Numbered from the stretch's first letter, positions 7,326 to 16,225 are shown. The stretch is 27,715 nt of DNA from an uncultured Bacteroidales bacterium (GCA_964564355.1 CAZMDE010000004.1:1-27715); one strand, 5' to 3'. Numbers and translations: made by a program. The notes: generated by a model not told the origin, from the letters alone.

Positions 7326-9026
7326 TTAAATCAAATTAGCAAATTCAAATTTAGTAACATCAAACAAACCTTTATCACCTAATTTAAGTTCAGGAATAAC
7401 AAGCAAAGCCATGAAAGATAGAGTCATGAATGGAGAGGTTAATTTTGTACCCAGATTTATAACAGTTTTATTTATTGATTGATATATATCAGCAACCTGA
7501 TAAATATTGGCATTAGACATAAGACCAGCTACAGGCAAGGGGAGGATTTTGGAATTTGAATTATAAATGCTTAATTCTGAATAAGAAATACCGCCTTTGT
7601 TATCAATAATCATATTAATTGCATTAACTATATCCTCATCATCTGCACCAACAGCAATGATATTATGACTATCATGAGCGATACTAGAGGCTATGGCTCC
7701 ATATTTAAAGCCAAATCCTTTAATAAAACCAACTGCAGGTTTTGAATGCTGAATATCATATCTGTTGTATACAACAATTTTCAGAGTATCATTTTCAATA
7801 TCACTTACAATATTATTATCAAAGATTTTTGCCTTTTCGATAAGAGATTTGGTAAAAAGTTGTCCGTCTATAGCTTCAATCACCCTGATAGATGCCGGAA
7901 GCTTGAGGACGGAAGCTGGAAGTTCAATGTCTTTTAAGGTAATTTTATTGCAATGAAAGTTATTTAATGGTTCTTCTTTTAAAGAATTAATCAATGTATT
8001 TCCTTTATCAGCAACTTTTTCACCATTTATGTAAGTTGATAAAACGTTAAAGTTATTCAGATTGTCAACAATAATAAAGTCGGCAGGATCTCCTTCTTGT
8101 AATAATCCGACGTTGAGATTGTAATGTTTAACAGGGTTATAGGTACAGCTTCTGATAATATCCATTGTATTATAACCACTTTTTATTGCTTTTTTAATCA
8201 GCAAATTAATATGACCTTGTATTAAATCATCAGGATGCCTGTCGTCAGAACAGAACATTAGGCTATCAGGATATTTAGCAATTAAAGGAATAAGCTCGTC
8301 AAAATCTTTAGCTGCACTGCCCTCTCTTATAAGAATTTTCATTCCGAACTTGATTTTATCCTCTGCCTCACTTATTGTCATACATTCATGGTCAGTGCTT
8401 ATACCTGCCTTTGCATAAGCTTGAGCATCATTTCCTTTTAAACCAGGTGCGTGTCCGTCAACAGGTTTTTTATATTTTTTTGCTAATTCAATCTTGCCAA
8501 TTACTTCCCTATCATTATTCAAAACACCAGGGAAGTTCATCATTTCTGACAAATATTTAATCTCCTTAATGCTTAATAATTCCTCAGTTTCTTTCAATCC
8601 AAAATTAGCTCCAGATGTTTCAAAAGCTGTAGCCGGGACACAGGAAGGAGCACCGAAATAAAATTTAAAATTAACCTTCTTTCCATTATTAATCATAAAT
8701 TTTACACCTTCAATACCAAGAACATTTGCAATTTCGTGCGGGTCGGACACAGTTGCAACTGTTCCATGAACCACAGCAGCCCTGGCAAATTCTGAGGGAA
8801 TAACCATAGAACTTTCAATATGAATATGAGCATCAATTAGTCCAGGCAGGATAAAAGATTTGGTGATTTGGTGATTTGGTGATTTGATAATTTGATTATC
8901 TGACTGTGGACAGTGGACTATTTTAACAATCTTTCCATTTTCAATATTTATAGTTCCATAAAAGATTTCTTTATTGACAACATCAACAATATTTCCGCTT
9001 ACAGAAAACGTTTTAACTTTATTCAT
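7326..9026 (-). CDS. ade: Adenine deaminase
   Basis: PGLIDAHIHIESS, DPHEIANV, EMMNFPGV, DGHAPG, TDHEC, REGSAAKD, SDDRHP, AHDSHN, FMTLSFMALLVIPELK. Confidence 0.95.
   Translation of the reverse strand: MNKVKTFSVSGNIVDVVNKEIFYGTINIENGKIVKIVHCPQSDNQIIKSPNHQITKSFILPGLIDAHIHIESSMVIPSEFARAAVVHGTVATVSDPHEIANVLGIEGVKFMINNGKKVNFKFYFGAPSCVPATAFETSGANFGLKETEELLSIKEIKYLSEMMNFPGVLNNDREVIGKIELAKKYKKPVDGHAPGLKGNDAQAYAKAGISTDHECMTISEAEDKIKFGMKILIREGSAAKDFDELIPLIAKYPDSLMFCSDDRHPDDLIQGHINLLIKKAIKSGYNTMDIIRSCTYNPVKHYNLNVGLLQEGDPADFIIVDNLNNFNVLSTYINGEKVADKGNTLINSLKEEPLNNFHCNKITLKDIELPASVLKLPASIRVIEAIDGQLFTKSLIEKAKIFDNNIVSDIENDTLKIVVYNRYDIQHSKPAVGFIKGFGFKYGAIASSIAHDSHNIIAVGADDEDIVNAINMIIDNKGGISYSELSIYNSNSKILPLPVAGLMSNANIYQVADIYQSINKTVINLGTKLTSPFMTLSFMALLVIPELKLGDKGLFDVTKFEFANLI
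7551..7585 (+). repeat. Degenerate heptamer tract inside ade
   Basis: ggaattt-gaattat-aaatgct-taattct-gaataag; encodes YSELSIYNSNS on the minus strand. Confidence 0.45.
7890..7924 (+). repeat. Heptamer (GGAAGCT-like) tract inside ade
   Basis: agatgcc-ggaagct-tgaggac-ggaagct-ggaagtt; encodes ELPASVLKLPAS. Confidence 0.7.
8857..8918 (+). repeat. Octamer + heptamer tract inside the ade N-terminal region
   Basis: (gatttggt)3-gatttgat-aatttgat (8857-8896), then tgtggac-agtggac (8905-8918); encodes VHCPQSDNQIIKSPNHQITKS. Confidence 0.92.
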
Positions 9027-9045
9027 ACCTGAAATATTTATTATA

Positions 9046-9053
9046 CAAAAATA
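9046..9053 (-). promoter_or_regulatory. -7 promoter motif TATTTTTG for ade
   Basis: TAnnTTTG match 19 nt upstream of the ATG. Confidence 0.55.
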
Positions 9054-9148
9054 TTAAATAATTCTAAAAAGGCACTATAAAGAATTTTATCAAGCTTATT
9101 GAATAAACCAGAGAAGTAATGAAAGATTAATAATTGACAGATAAGTTC

Positions 9149-9493
9149 TTATAAAACATTAAGTTGTTTGAATACGTTTTCTTTGTAAGTAGCGCCAATC
9201 TGGAGTAGCTTCATTTTATCCTGAATCATAATATTCGGATACCTGACGTAAGCAATTTTATCTATTCTAACGATATAAGACTTGTGAACCCGAACAAAAT
9301 CCTTTTGTGGCAGGGTTTTCTCAATGTCTTTCATAGGGGTATGTACTTTGAAAGTATTTGCTGAAGTGTGTAAAAGAATATAATCTTTATGACCTTCAAT
9401 AAAATACAGGTCATCAAAATCTATTCTATACAAGGCGAGGTCGGACTTAACAAATATAAAATTTTCATTTGCATTATTCATATCTGCTTTCAT
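9149..9493 (-). CDS. Stand-alone LytTR DNA-binding domain protein
   Basis: FIFVKSD, IEGHKDY, FVRVHKSYIVRIDKI, IGATYK; no receiver domain. Confidence 0.88.
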   Translation of the reverse strand: MKADMNNANENFIFVKSDLALYRIDFDDLYFIEGHKDYILLHTSANTFKVHTPMKDIEKTLPQKDFVRVHKSYIVRIDKIAYVRYPNIMIQDKMKLLQIGATYKENVFKQLNVL

Positions 9494-9504
9494 AATAAAT
9501 TATA

Positions 9505-10683
9505 TTAAACTTTATTAATACTCGTATTGATTATACCGATAGCAATGCCCATTTCTTCTTCCGTAATTGTTAGTGGCGGAGATACACGCAAACAATCGCC
9601 AGCAAAAATGAATGAGTCTGTAATCAAGCCATTTTCCACGCATTTACTGATTACTTTCTGACAGATTTCCTCATTTTCTAAGCGAATTGCAAGCATCAAC
9701 CCTCTACCTCTTATTTCTTTGATTTTATCATTCTTTAAAAATTGCCTGAATAAATTTTCTAAAGTAATCGCTTTTTTATATATTTTTTCTTTTATAAGCT
9801 GTTTCATAAAAGTCATACCAGCAGCACAACATACGGGGTGTCCGCCAAAAGTGGTAATATGACCAAGCGTTGACTGACTTGACAGCTTATTCATCATAAC
9901 ATCAGAACTGATAAAAGCCCCAAGCGGCATGCCACCACCCAATGCTTTAGCAAGAACAAGTATATCAGGTACAACTTTATAATACTCGAATGCGAATAGT
10001 TCACCGGTTCTTCCGAAACCTGTCTGCACTTCATCAAATATCAATAATGCACCTGTATCATCACATGCTTTTCTCAGTGCTTTCAGATATTCTTTATCTC
10101 CATTAATGAAACCTGATTCTCCCTGGATACATTCTGCAACAACACAAGCAGTGCGTGAAGTAATATGTTTAAGATCATCAGGGTTATTGTATTTTATCAT
10201 TCTGACATCGGGCAGCAAAGGAAGGTAAGGGTTTCTGAACTGATGGTTACCAGCAATGCTCAATGCCCCATGAGTACCTCCGTAATATGAGTTTTCAAAA
10301 GAAATAAGCTCGGTTCTACCTGTAAATACTTTAGCTAATTTCAATGCACCCTCAATAGCTTCGCTGCCGGAATTCACAAAGTAAACAGAGTTAAGTGACT
10401 TAGGCAAATTATCAGTCAATAATGATGCATAATCTATCTGTGGCCGTTCGACAAATTCACCGTAAGCCATAACATGAAGGTATTTATCACATTGCAGTTT
10501 AATAGCTTTAATTATTTCAGGGTGTCGATGACCAAGATTGTTAACACCTATCCCTGCAATAAAGTCTATATATGATTTTCCTGATTTATCATAAAAATAA
10601 ACACCATCTGCCATGTTTACCTCAAACCCAAGAGGGTTATTTGAAGTGCGTGCAAGATGTTCAAATAGTTTCTTTTTTTCCAC
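9505..10683 (-). CDS. Class III PLP-dependent aminotransferase (acetylornithine aminotransferase-like)
   Basis: NSGSEAIEGALKLA, LIFDEVQTGFGRTG, AKALGGGMPLG (PLP lysine), TTFGGHP; GTG start. Confidence 0.92.
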   Translation of the reverse strand: MEKKKLFEHLARTSNNPLGFEVNMADGVYFYDKSGKSYIDFIAGIGVNNLGHRHPEIIKAIKLQCDKYLHVMAYGEFVERPQIDYASLLTDNLPKSLNSVYFVNSGSEAIEGALKLAKVFTGRTELISFENSYYGGTHGALSIAGNHQFRNPYLPLLPDVRMIKYNNPDDLKHITSRTACVVAECIQGESGFINGDKEYLKALRKACDDTGALLIFDEVQTGFGRTGELFAFEYYKVVPDILVLAKALGGGMPLGAFISSDVMMNKLSSQSTLGHITTFGGHPVCCAAGMTFMKQLIKEKIYKKAITLENLFRQFLKNDKIKEIRGRGLMLAIRLENEEICQKVISKCVENGLITDSFIFAGDCLRVSPPLTITEEEMGIAIGIINTSINKV

Positions 10684-10708
10684 GAAATATAATGTTTGAA
10701 TGCTGAAA

Positions 10709-10716
10709 CAAAAATA
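10709..10716 (-). promoter_or_regulatory. -7 promoter motif TATTTTTG for the aminotransferase-LytTR unit
   Basis: TAnnTTTG match 25 nt upstream of the GTG. Confidence 0.55.
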
Positions 10717-10856
10717 TAGAAATTATCTGAATAAATTGTTTAATGCTAATAATTAATTATTTATTCATAAGTTTCTTTTAAAAAATAATTCGTGTATTAA
10801 AGACATATGGAGTATCCAAATTTTAATTTCGGAAGCTGTATATTAAAAATTTTATG

Positions 10857-10864
10857 TAAATTTG
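10857..10864 (+). promoter_or_regulatory. -7 promoter motif TAAATTTG
   Basis: TAnnTTTG match 29 nt upstream of the ATG at 10894. Confidence 0.55.
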
Positions 10865-10893
10865 TGCTTTAAATTAATATTAATTACCGTGTT

Positions 10894-11736
10894 ATGAGAA
10901 AAATTATACTTAAAAGTTTATTAGCAATCAGTTTAGCTGTTACAACAGGTTTATATGCACAGATACCAAATGCATCATTTGAGAATTGGACTACAGTAGG
11001 TGGGGTTCAAAAGCCAGATGGATGGAGAACCTATGACATTCCAGGAGAATCGCCAACAATAACACCTTCTACACCGGGTTATAACAGTAGTACAGCCCTG
11101 GAAATGACTATTAAGAATTCTCTTGGCTACAATTGGTGCAGTGATATGGTAACAGGTTTTCAATACAATAAAAGGTCTATGTCAATGGTTGGATACCTTA
11201 AATCCAATAACCCACAGCATGATACACTTGATATAGGATTATTCTTTTTTAATAATAAACAACCCATAGGTGGAGGTTATTACCAAACTGACACCAATGC
11301 GGCAGCTTTTTATAAATTTACTATGCCTATTCAGTTTATAGAAGATTTAGACCCTGATTCAGCTTTAATATATATAACATATTTAAGCGAAGCCCCTACT
11401 CTTGGTGATGCATTTATAATTGATGAGCTTAGCTTTCCTTCAGATGTTTTTGTGGAAAGCAAATCAAATTCTTCAGATTTTAAAGTTGGTAATTTTTATC
11501 CTATACCGGCGAATGATTATGTAATTATTCCTGTGAAAACTTCAACTCAAGTTGATTTGAAGATACAGGTATATGACCTTGCAGGTAAAGAAATTAAATT
11601 AATTAGAAAAGAACATATTGGCAAAGGCATCAATAATATTGAAATACCTGTTTCAGATTTACCAGGAGGTTTATACATTATGTCAATTGAAAATAATAAT
11701 GGATTTAAAATCACAAAAAAGCTGATTATTGAGTAG
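10894..11736 (+). CDS. T9SS type A sorting domain-containing secreted protein
   Basis: Signal peptide, QIPNASFENW jelly-roll-like start, C-terminal YPIPA...YDLAGK...LPGGLY...KKLII T9SS tail. Confidence 0.88.
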   Translation: MRKIILKSLLAISLAVTTGLYAQIPNASFENWTTVGGVQKPDGWRTYDIPGESPTITPSTPGYNSSTALEMTIKNSLGYNWCSDMVTGFQYNKRSMSMVGYLKSNNPQHDTLDIGLFFFNNKQPIGGGYYQTDTNAAAFYKFTMPIQFIEDLDPDSALIYITYLSEAPTLGDAFIIDELSFPSDVFVESKSNSSDFKVGNFYPIPANDYVIIPVKTSTQVDLKIQVYDLAGKEIKLIRKEHIGKGINNIEIPVSDLPGGLYIMSIENNNGFKITKKLIIE

Positions 11737-11866
11737 AAACCGGAAGTTAGAAGCCTAAACTTCGCTCAGCATAACAATAGAATCCGGATGCTTCGACTAC
11801 GCTCAGCATGACAATAGAATTCGGAAGCTTCGACTACGCTCAGCATGACAATGGAAGCTAGAAAAT
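11735..11866 (+). repeat. 37-bp tandem REP-like repeat (about 2.8 copies) interleaved with heptamers
   Basis: Core TCGACTACGCTCAGCATGACAAT at 11793-11815 and 11830-11852, plus a partial copy ending at 11778; linkers agaatcc-ggatgct and agaattc-ggaagct; flanks agaaacc-ggaagtt-agaagcc and ggaagct-agaaaat. Confidence 0.88.
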
Positions 11867-11880
11867 AATTTCTAAGTAAT

Positions 11881-12537
11881 ATGAAATCATATAAGATTTT
11901 GCTTATAATATTTTTTTCTTTTTTGATTACTATTGGTTGTCAAAGGAAAAATCCTTCAGAGCCTCAACCCGGGAAGCATACAGATACTGCAAAAACTCAA
12001 CAAGCCTTAAATACTAAAAATATAAAAGATGAATCAAAATATGGCATAAAATCAGGAATCATCACTTTTGAGACAGATATTGCCGGTACTAAAGGTATGA
12101 AAAAGCTTTATTTTGATGATTATGGCAAACTTGAGAGAGAGGTTTTTTATGATGAGGAAATTCCAAGAGAGGGTTATGTAACAGCAGGGGGCTTTTTGTA
12201 TAGAATTTTATATAAACAAAAAACAGCTTACCGCTTAGGACCAGCAAAAAGTGGAAGTGCATACAGATTCAGCTGGAATTCTGTACCCGACATAGAAAAA
12301 AAAGAAGGACATGCCATTAAAACAGAGAATGTAAAAATAGCCGGGAAAATCTGTGAATCATATAAATTGGATAATTCCGGAATCATCACAAAATTTGCCG
12401 GTTGGCAGGGTATTTGCCTATATGCTATGCAAATGAGCAAGGTAGGCAATGCAGAAGCAAAGGCAGTAAAGATTAAGGAAAATGTTCCCATACCTGAAGA
12501 AATGTTTGAAATACCCAGAGGGTTTAAGGTTAAGTAG
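11881..12537 (+). CDS. Hypothetical lipoprotein (possibly DUF4412-like)
   Basis: Lipobox ITIG-C20; KIAGKICESY...WQGICL segment recalls DUF4412-type proteins. Confidence 0.7.
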   Translation: MKSYKILLIIFFSFLITIGCQRKNPSEPQPGKHTDTAKTQQALNTKNIKDESKYGIKSGIITFETDIAGTKGMKKLYFDDYGKLEREVFYDEEIPREGYVTAGGFLYRILYKQKTAYRLGPAKSGSAYRFSWNSVPDIEKKEGHAIKTENVKIAGKICESYKLDNSGIITKFAGWQGICLYAMQMSKVGNAEAKAVKIKENVPIPEEMFEIPRGFKVK

Positions 12538-12539
12538 GG

Positions 12540-12588
12540 AGTTCGGAGTTCAGAGTATAATAAAGCTTTCAGCAATCAGCATTCAAAT
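12540..12588 (+). repeat. Two short intergenic heptamer tracts
   Basis: agttcgg-agttcag (12540-12553; same unit as in bamA) and ttcagca-atcagca-ttcaaat (12568-12588). Confidence 0.55.
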
Positions 12589-12603
12589 ATTACAAAAGAT
12601 TCC

Positions 12604-13584
12604 TTAAGCAATATAGACTTCGAGAAGTTCAGCAATTCCATCGGGGATTAGGTTTAGGTTTGTTAAAACTGCGGGTATAAGAACAGCCTCTCCGGGATGA
12701 ATTGATTCTGTACCTCCATCATATTCAATTATTACATTTCCTTTTTGACCGATAAAAATTACAAAAGAGTCGTAAATGTCAAAATCGCATTCCAGTTTTT
12801 TATCGATTTGCAGGATATTGGTAGTAAAATAAGGACAGGCAGCAAGGTTAACGCTGCGGTTTAGTTGCTTTCTGAACGGAGTTTTGTAATCCAGTTCAAG
12901 TTTAAAATCAAGAGCATCAAGAGCTTGTTCAGTATGAAGCACCCTGAAATGACCTTTGGAATCAACCCTTTCCCAGTCAAATATTCGGTATGTAACGTCA
13001 GAGGTTTGTTGAATCTCGGTAAGCAGAATACCCGGACCCGTAGCATGCACTCTGCCAGAAGGAATAAAAATTACATCATCAGCCCTCACCGGAATATGAT
13101 TAATAATTTCCTTAATTCTACCTTTATTAAAATATTGTTTATAGGTTTCTTTAGTAAGTTCACGGTTAAAACCGCAAACTATTCCGGCATCCTTTTCAGC
13201 ATAGTTAATGTACCACATTTCTGTTTTACCATTTTCAATATTGTGTTTTTTAGCTATTTCATCATCCGGATGTACCTGAACAGAGAGCCACTCATTTGTA
13301 TCAATAAGCTTAATCAGAACAGGAAATTTGTTTTTAAACATGAGATATACCTTCTCTCCAACAAGTTCAGTCATATATACTTCAATAAGCTCATTAAGTT
13401 CATTTCCTGCAAGAAAACCATTAGATACAACAGAAGGGCTTTCGTCAACGCCAGATACAAGCCAGGCTTCACCACAGTTTTTCAGGGGTGTATAATCAAG
13501 GTTGAAAACACTTTTAATCCTGTTACCACCCCAAATCTTTTCCTTAAAAACAGGTTTAAACTTAAAGGGATAAAGTTCGTTCAT
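12604..13584 (-). CDS. manA: Type I phosphomannose isomerase (cupin)
   Basis: KEKIWGG, CGEAWLVS, FPVLIKLID, LSVQVHPDD, GKTEMWY, GRVHA, EIQQTSDVTYRIFDW. Confidence 0.92.
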   Translation of the reverse strand: MNELYPFKFKPVFKEKIWGGNRIKSVFNLDYTPLKNCGEAWLVSGVDESPSVVSNGFLAGNELNELIEVYMTELVGEKVYLMFKNKFPVLIKLIDTNEWLSVQVHPDDEIAKKHNIENGKTEMWYINYAEKDAGIVCGFNRELTKETYKQYFNKGRIKEIINHIPVRADDVIFIPSGRVHATGPGILLTEIQQTSDVTYRIFDWERVDSKGHFRVLHTEQALDALDFKLELDYKTPFRKQLNRSVNLAACPYFTTNILQIDKKLECDFDIYDSFVIFIGQKGNVIIEYDGGTESIHPGEAVLIPAVLTNLNLIPDGIAELLEVYIA

Positions 13585-13589
13585 AGGAT

Positions 13590-13617
13590 TTACGAATTAA
13601 AATTTACGAATTACGAT
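13590..13617 (+). repeat. Heptamer tract just upstream of the manA start
   Basis: ttacgaa-ttaaaat-ttacgaa-ttacgat. Confidence 0.75.
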
Positions 13618-13680
13618 TTAGCAAAGTAAACAAAATATTATTTATTTTTAATGAATAAATATTCATAAATAATTATTCAT

Positions 13681-13688
13681 TATTTTTG
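13681..13688 (+). promoter_or_regulatory. -7 promoter motif TATTTTTG for aroB
   Basis: TAnnTTTG ending 7 nt before the ATG. Confidence 0.6.
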
Positions 13689-13695
13689 CATTCGA

Positions 13696-14790
13696 ATGAA
13701 GAATAAAAAGAAAAAAGTAAAGGCAAACGGATATTCAATTTACATAGGTGATGGAGTTCATAAGGAGCTTTCAGCCTACCTTAAATTCAGCAAGTATGGT
13801 AATTGCAAGGCCTTTATACTAGTTGATGAAAATACAAAGCAATACTGTTTGCCTATTTTGCAGGAAAGAATAAAAATGCTGCAGGGTGCAGAAATATTAG
13901 AAATAAAAAGCAAAGAGGAAAATAAAACTCTCAAAACAGCCACTTATCTATGGACAGAGCTGATTCAACGCGGAGCATACCGCGATTCTTATATTATAAA
14001 TCTTGGAGGAGGAATAATATGCGATATTGGAGGTTTTTCAGCTTCTATATTTAAAAGAGGCATCCCATTCATAAATGTACCTACTACACTTCTTGCCCAG
14101 GTTGATGCATCAATAGGCGGAAAAACTGCTGTTGATTTTTATGACCTAAAGAATCAGATAGGTTTGTTCAGCAACCCAGAAGCAGTGTTCGTTGACCCTA
14201 CCTATTTATCAACACTACCCCATAGGCAATTACTTTCAGGTTTCGGAGAGGTAATAAAGCATGCACTTATTCGTGATGAAAAATACTGGAATATGATCAC
14301 AAAACAAACGTTGGAAAATGTTTCAGACTGGTACGATATAATACATAGTTCAATAGTTTTAAAGAACAAGATAATAAAATCTGATCCGACTGACACTAAG
14401 GTCAGGAAGAAATTAAACTTTGGACATACAATAGGTCATGCAATAGAGAGCTTGTCATTGCAGCGAGATGCTGACCCTTTGCTTCATGGAGAAGCAGTTG
14501 CAATAGGGATAATATGCGAAAGTTATTTGTCATTTCTTAAATCCGGGCTGCAAAAAGTTCAGCTTGATGAGATAACAGGTTACACCAATTCTGTATATCC
14601 ATTTTATAAGATAAAGGAAGAGGATTATGAAGAACTTGTATATCTAATGCTTGCAGATAAAAAGAATAAATCAAAGGGAATAAATTTTACTTTGTTGAAG
14701 AATATAGGTTCCAGCCTGATAAATAATTATTGCACACCTCCGGAGATAATACAAAGCCTTGATTATTACAGAAAGAGCCGTAATTCATAA
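13696..14790 (+). CDS. aroB: 3-dehydroquinate synthase
   Basis: GGGIICDIGGF, PTTLLAQVDASIGGKT, GEVIKH, LNFGHTIGHAIES, HGEAVAIG. Confidence 0.95.
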   Translation: MKNKKKKVKANGYSIYIGDGVHKELSAYLKFSKYGNCKAFILVDENTKQYCLPILQERIKMLQGAEILEIKSKEENKTLKTATYLWTELIQRGAYRDSYIINLGGGIICDIGGFSASIFKRGIPFINVPTTLLAQVDASIGGKTAVDFYDLKNQIGLFSNPEAVFVDPTYLSTLPHRQLLSGFGEVIKHALIRDEKYWNMITKQTLENVSDWYDIIHSSIVLKNKIIKSDPTDTKVRKKLNFGHTIGHAIESLSLQRDADPLLHGEAVAIGIICESYLSFLKSGLQKVQLDEITGYTNSVYPFYKIKEEDYEELVYLMLADKKNKSKGINFTLLKNIGSSLINNYCTPPEIIQSLDYYRKSRNS

Positions 14791-14813
14791 GGCTTCAGCC
14801 GAAAGCCGGGGGA

Positions 14814-16097
14814 TTAAATTATGAAGATATTGTCATTACTGAGATTTTCAAGCTTAACCGCAACTATCTTATTAATCATGTTTTTATCAAAGCGGGTCAT
14901 TACTTTTATATAATTATCAGTAAATCCGTACATAAAGCCATTATCATTATCCGATTCAAAAAGAACATTTTTTGTTTTTCCTTTGTTTTGCTTATAAAAC
15001 AAGATTTTTTTTTCATCTGACAGTTGCTGTAGTTTTTTGCTTCTTTGTCTGCGAATGCTGACAGGGACTTTATTATCCAAATTAAGGGCAAGAGTATTCT
15101 CTCTTTCAGAATATGTAAAAACATGAACGTAATTAATATCAGTGTTATTTACAAAGTTTAATGTATCTTCAAAATCCTTATCCGATTCCCCCGGAAAACC
15201 AACTATAATATCAGCTGCAATAAGGCAATCAGGAATTTTGGATTTAATAGTTTTAACTTTTTTATAAAATAACTCTGTATTATATCTTCTGTGCATTAGT
15301 TTCAGCACTTTGTCAGAACCAGATTGCAGAGGGATATGAAAATGTGGTAAGATTTTTTTTGATTTCGCAACAAACCCAATAATATCTTCATTAAGCAAAT
15401 CGGGTTCAATAGAAGATATTCTATATCTTTCTATACCTTCTATTTTGTCAAGCTCTTTAATAAGCTGAAGAAAACTTTCATTATTTTTACTTCCGAAATC
15501 ACCAATGTTTACACCTGTAAGCACTATTTCTATAGTGCCCTTAGCAGCAAGCTCTTCTGCACATTCAATAACACTTTCAATAGAGCCACTTCTGCTTCTA
15601 CCTCTTGCAGCTGGAATTATACAATAAGAGCAGAAATAGTCGCAACCATCCTGTATCTTTAGAAAAGAACGTGTACGGTCGCCAACTGACCATGAGGGTT
15701 TAAATTGAGGACTAAGCGAGGACTCTTCGTTCAACAAAGGAGTATTGATATTATCAGTTTCTTCAAGATAGTTAAGGAGGTCGTATTTTTCATTATTACC
15801 TAAAATCAGCTTTACACCTTCAATAGAGGTAAGTTTTTGAGGTTTGAGTTGGGGAAGACATCCAATAACAGCAATTTTAGCCTTCGGGTTTCTTTTATGA
15901 GCCTGTCTTATTGCAGATAAACATTTCTTTTCGGCTGTTGCAGTAACAAGACAGGTGTTTATTACGTAAATATCTGCTATATCATTAAAATTAACTATAG
16001 AATAATTTTTGTTATTAAATGTTCGTGATACTGTTGAAGTTTCAGCAAAGTTTAGTTTACATCCTAGTGTATGAAATGCTATCCTGTTATTTCTCAT
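14814..16097 (-). CDS. mtaB: tRNA N6-threonylcarbamoyladenosine methylthiotransferase
   Basis: FHTLGCKLNFAET, INTCLVT, radical SAM CDYFCSYC, HFHIPLQSGSD, C-terminal TRAM. Start moved from the ORF-track TTG (16121) to the ATG at 16097, because the extra 8 codons contain the promoter motif. Confidence 0.92.
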   Translation of the reverse strand: MRNNRIAFHTLGCKLNFAETSTVSRTFNNKNYSIVNFNDIADIYVINTCLVTATAEKKCLSAIRQAHKRNPKAKIAVIGCLPQLKPQKLTSIEGVKLILGNNEKYDLLNYLEETDNINTPLLNEESSLSPQFKPSWSVGDRTRSFLKIQDGCDYFCSYCIIPAARGRSRSGSIESVIECAEELAAKGTIEIVLTGVNIGDFGSKNNESFLQLIKELDKIEGIERYRISSIEPDLLNEDIIGFVAKSKKILPHFHIPLQSGSDKVLKLMHRRYNTELFYKKVKTIKSKIPDCLIAADIIVGFPGESDKDFEDTLNFVNNTDINYVHVFTYSERENTLALNLDNKVPVSIRRQRSKKLQQLSDEKKILFYKQNKGKTKNVLFESDNDNGFMYGFTDNYIKVMTRFDKNMINKIVAVKLENLSNDNIFII

Positions 16098-16101
16098 TGT
16101 G

Positions 16102-16109
16102 CAAAAATA
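16102..16109 (-). promoter_or_regulatory. -7 promoter motif TATTTTTG for mtaB
   Basis: TAnnTTTG followed by CACA-ATG. Confidence 0.65.
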
Positions 16110-16191
16110 GTTTTTAGACACGATATAGTTTAAAAATATGTCAAGTATTATGGAAGAAAAAAATAATTATTGTAGTTATATTTAAAAACTG

Positions 16192-16199
16192 TAATTTTG
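16192..16199 (+). promoter_or_regulatory. -7 promoter motif TAATTTTG for the small lipoprotein / FISUMP unit
   Basis: TAnnTTTG 26 nt upstream of the ATG at 16226. Confidence 0.6.
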
Positions 16200-16225
16200 C
16201 CTACTTAATTTTAAACAAAACTAAA

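Noticed and set aside
11759-11861. CRISPR array
   Set aside because: The 37-bp period looks CRISPR-like, but the intervening sequences are about 14 nt and near-identical, there are under three copies and no cas genes.
12865-13629. 254-aa + strand ORF
   Set aside because: Antisense shadow of the well-supported manA; no recognisable motifs.
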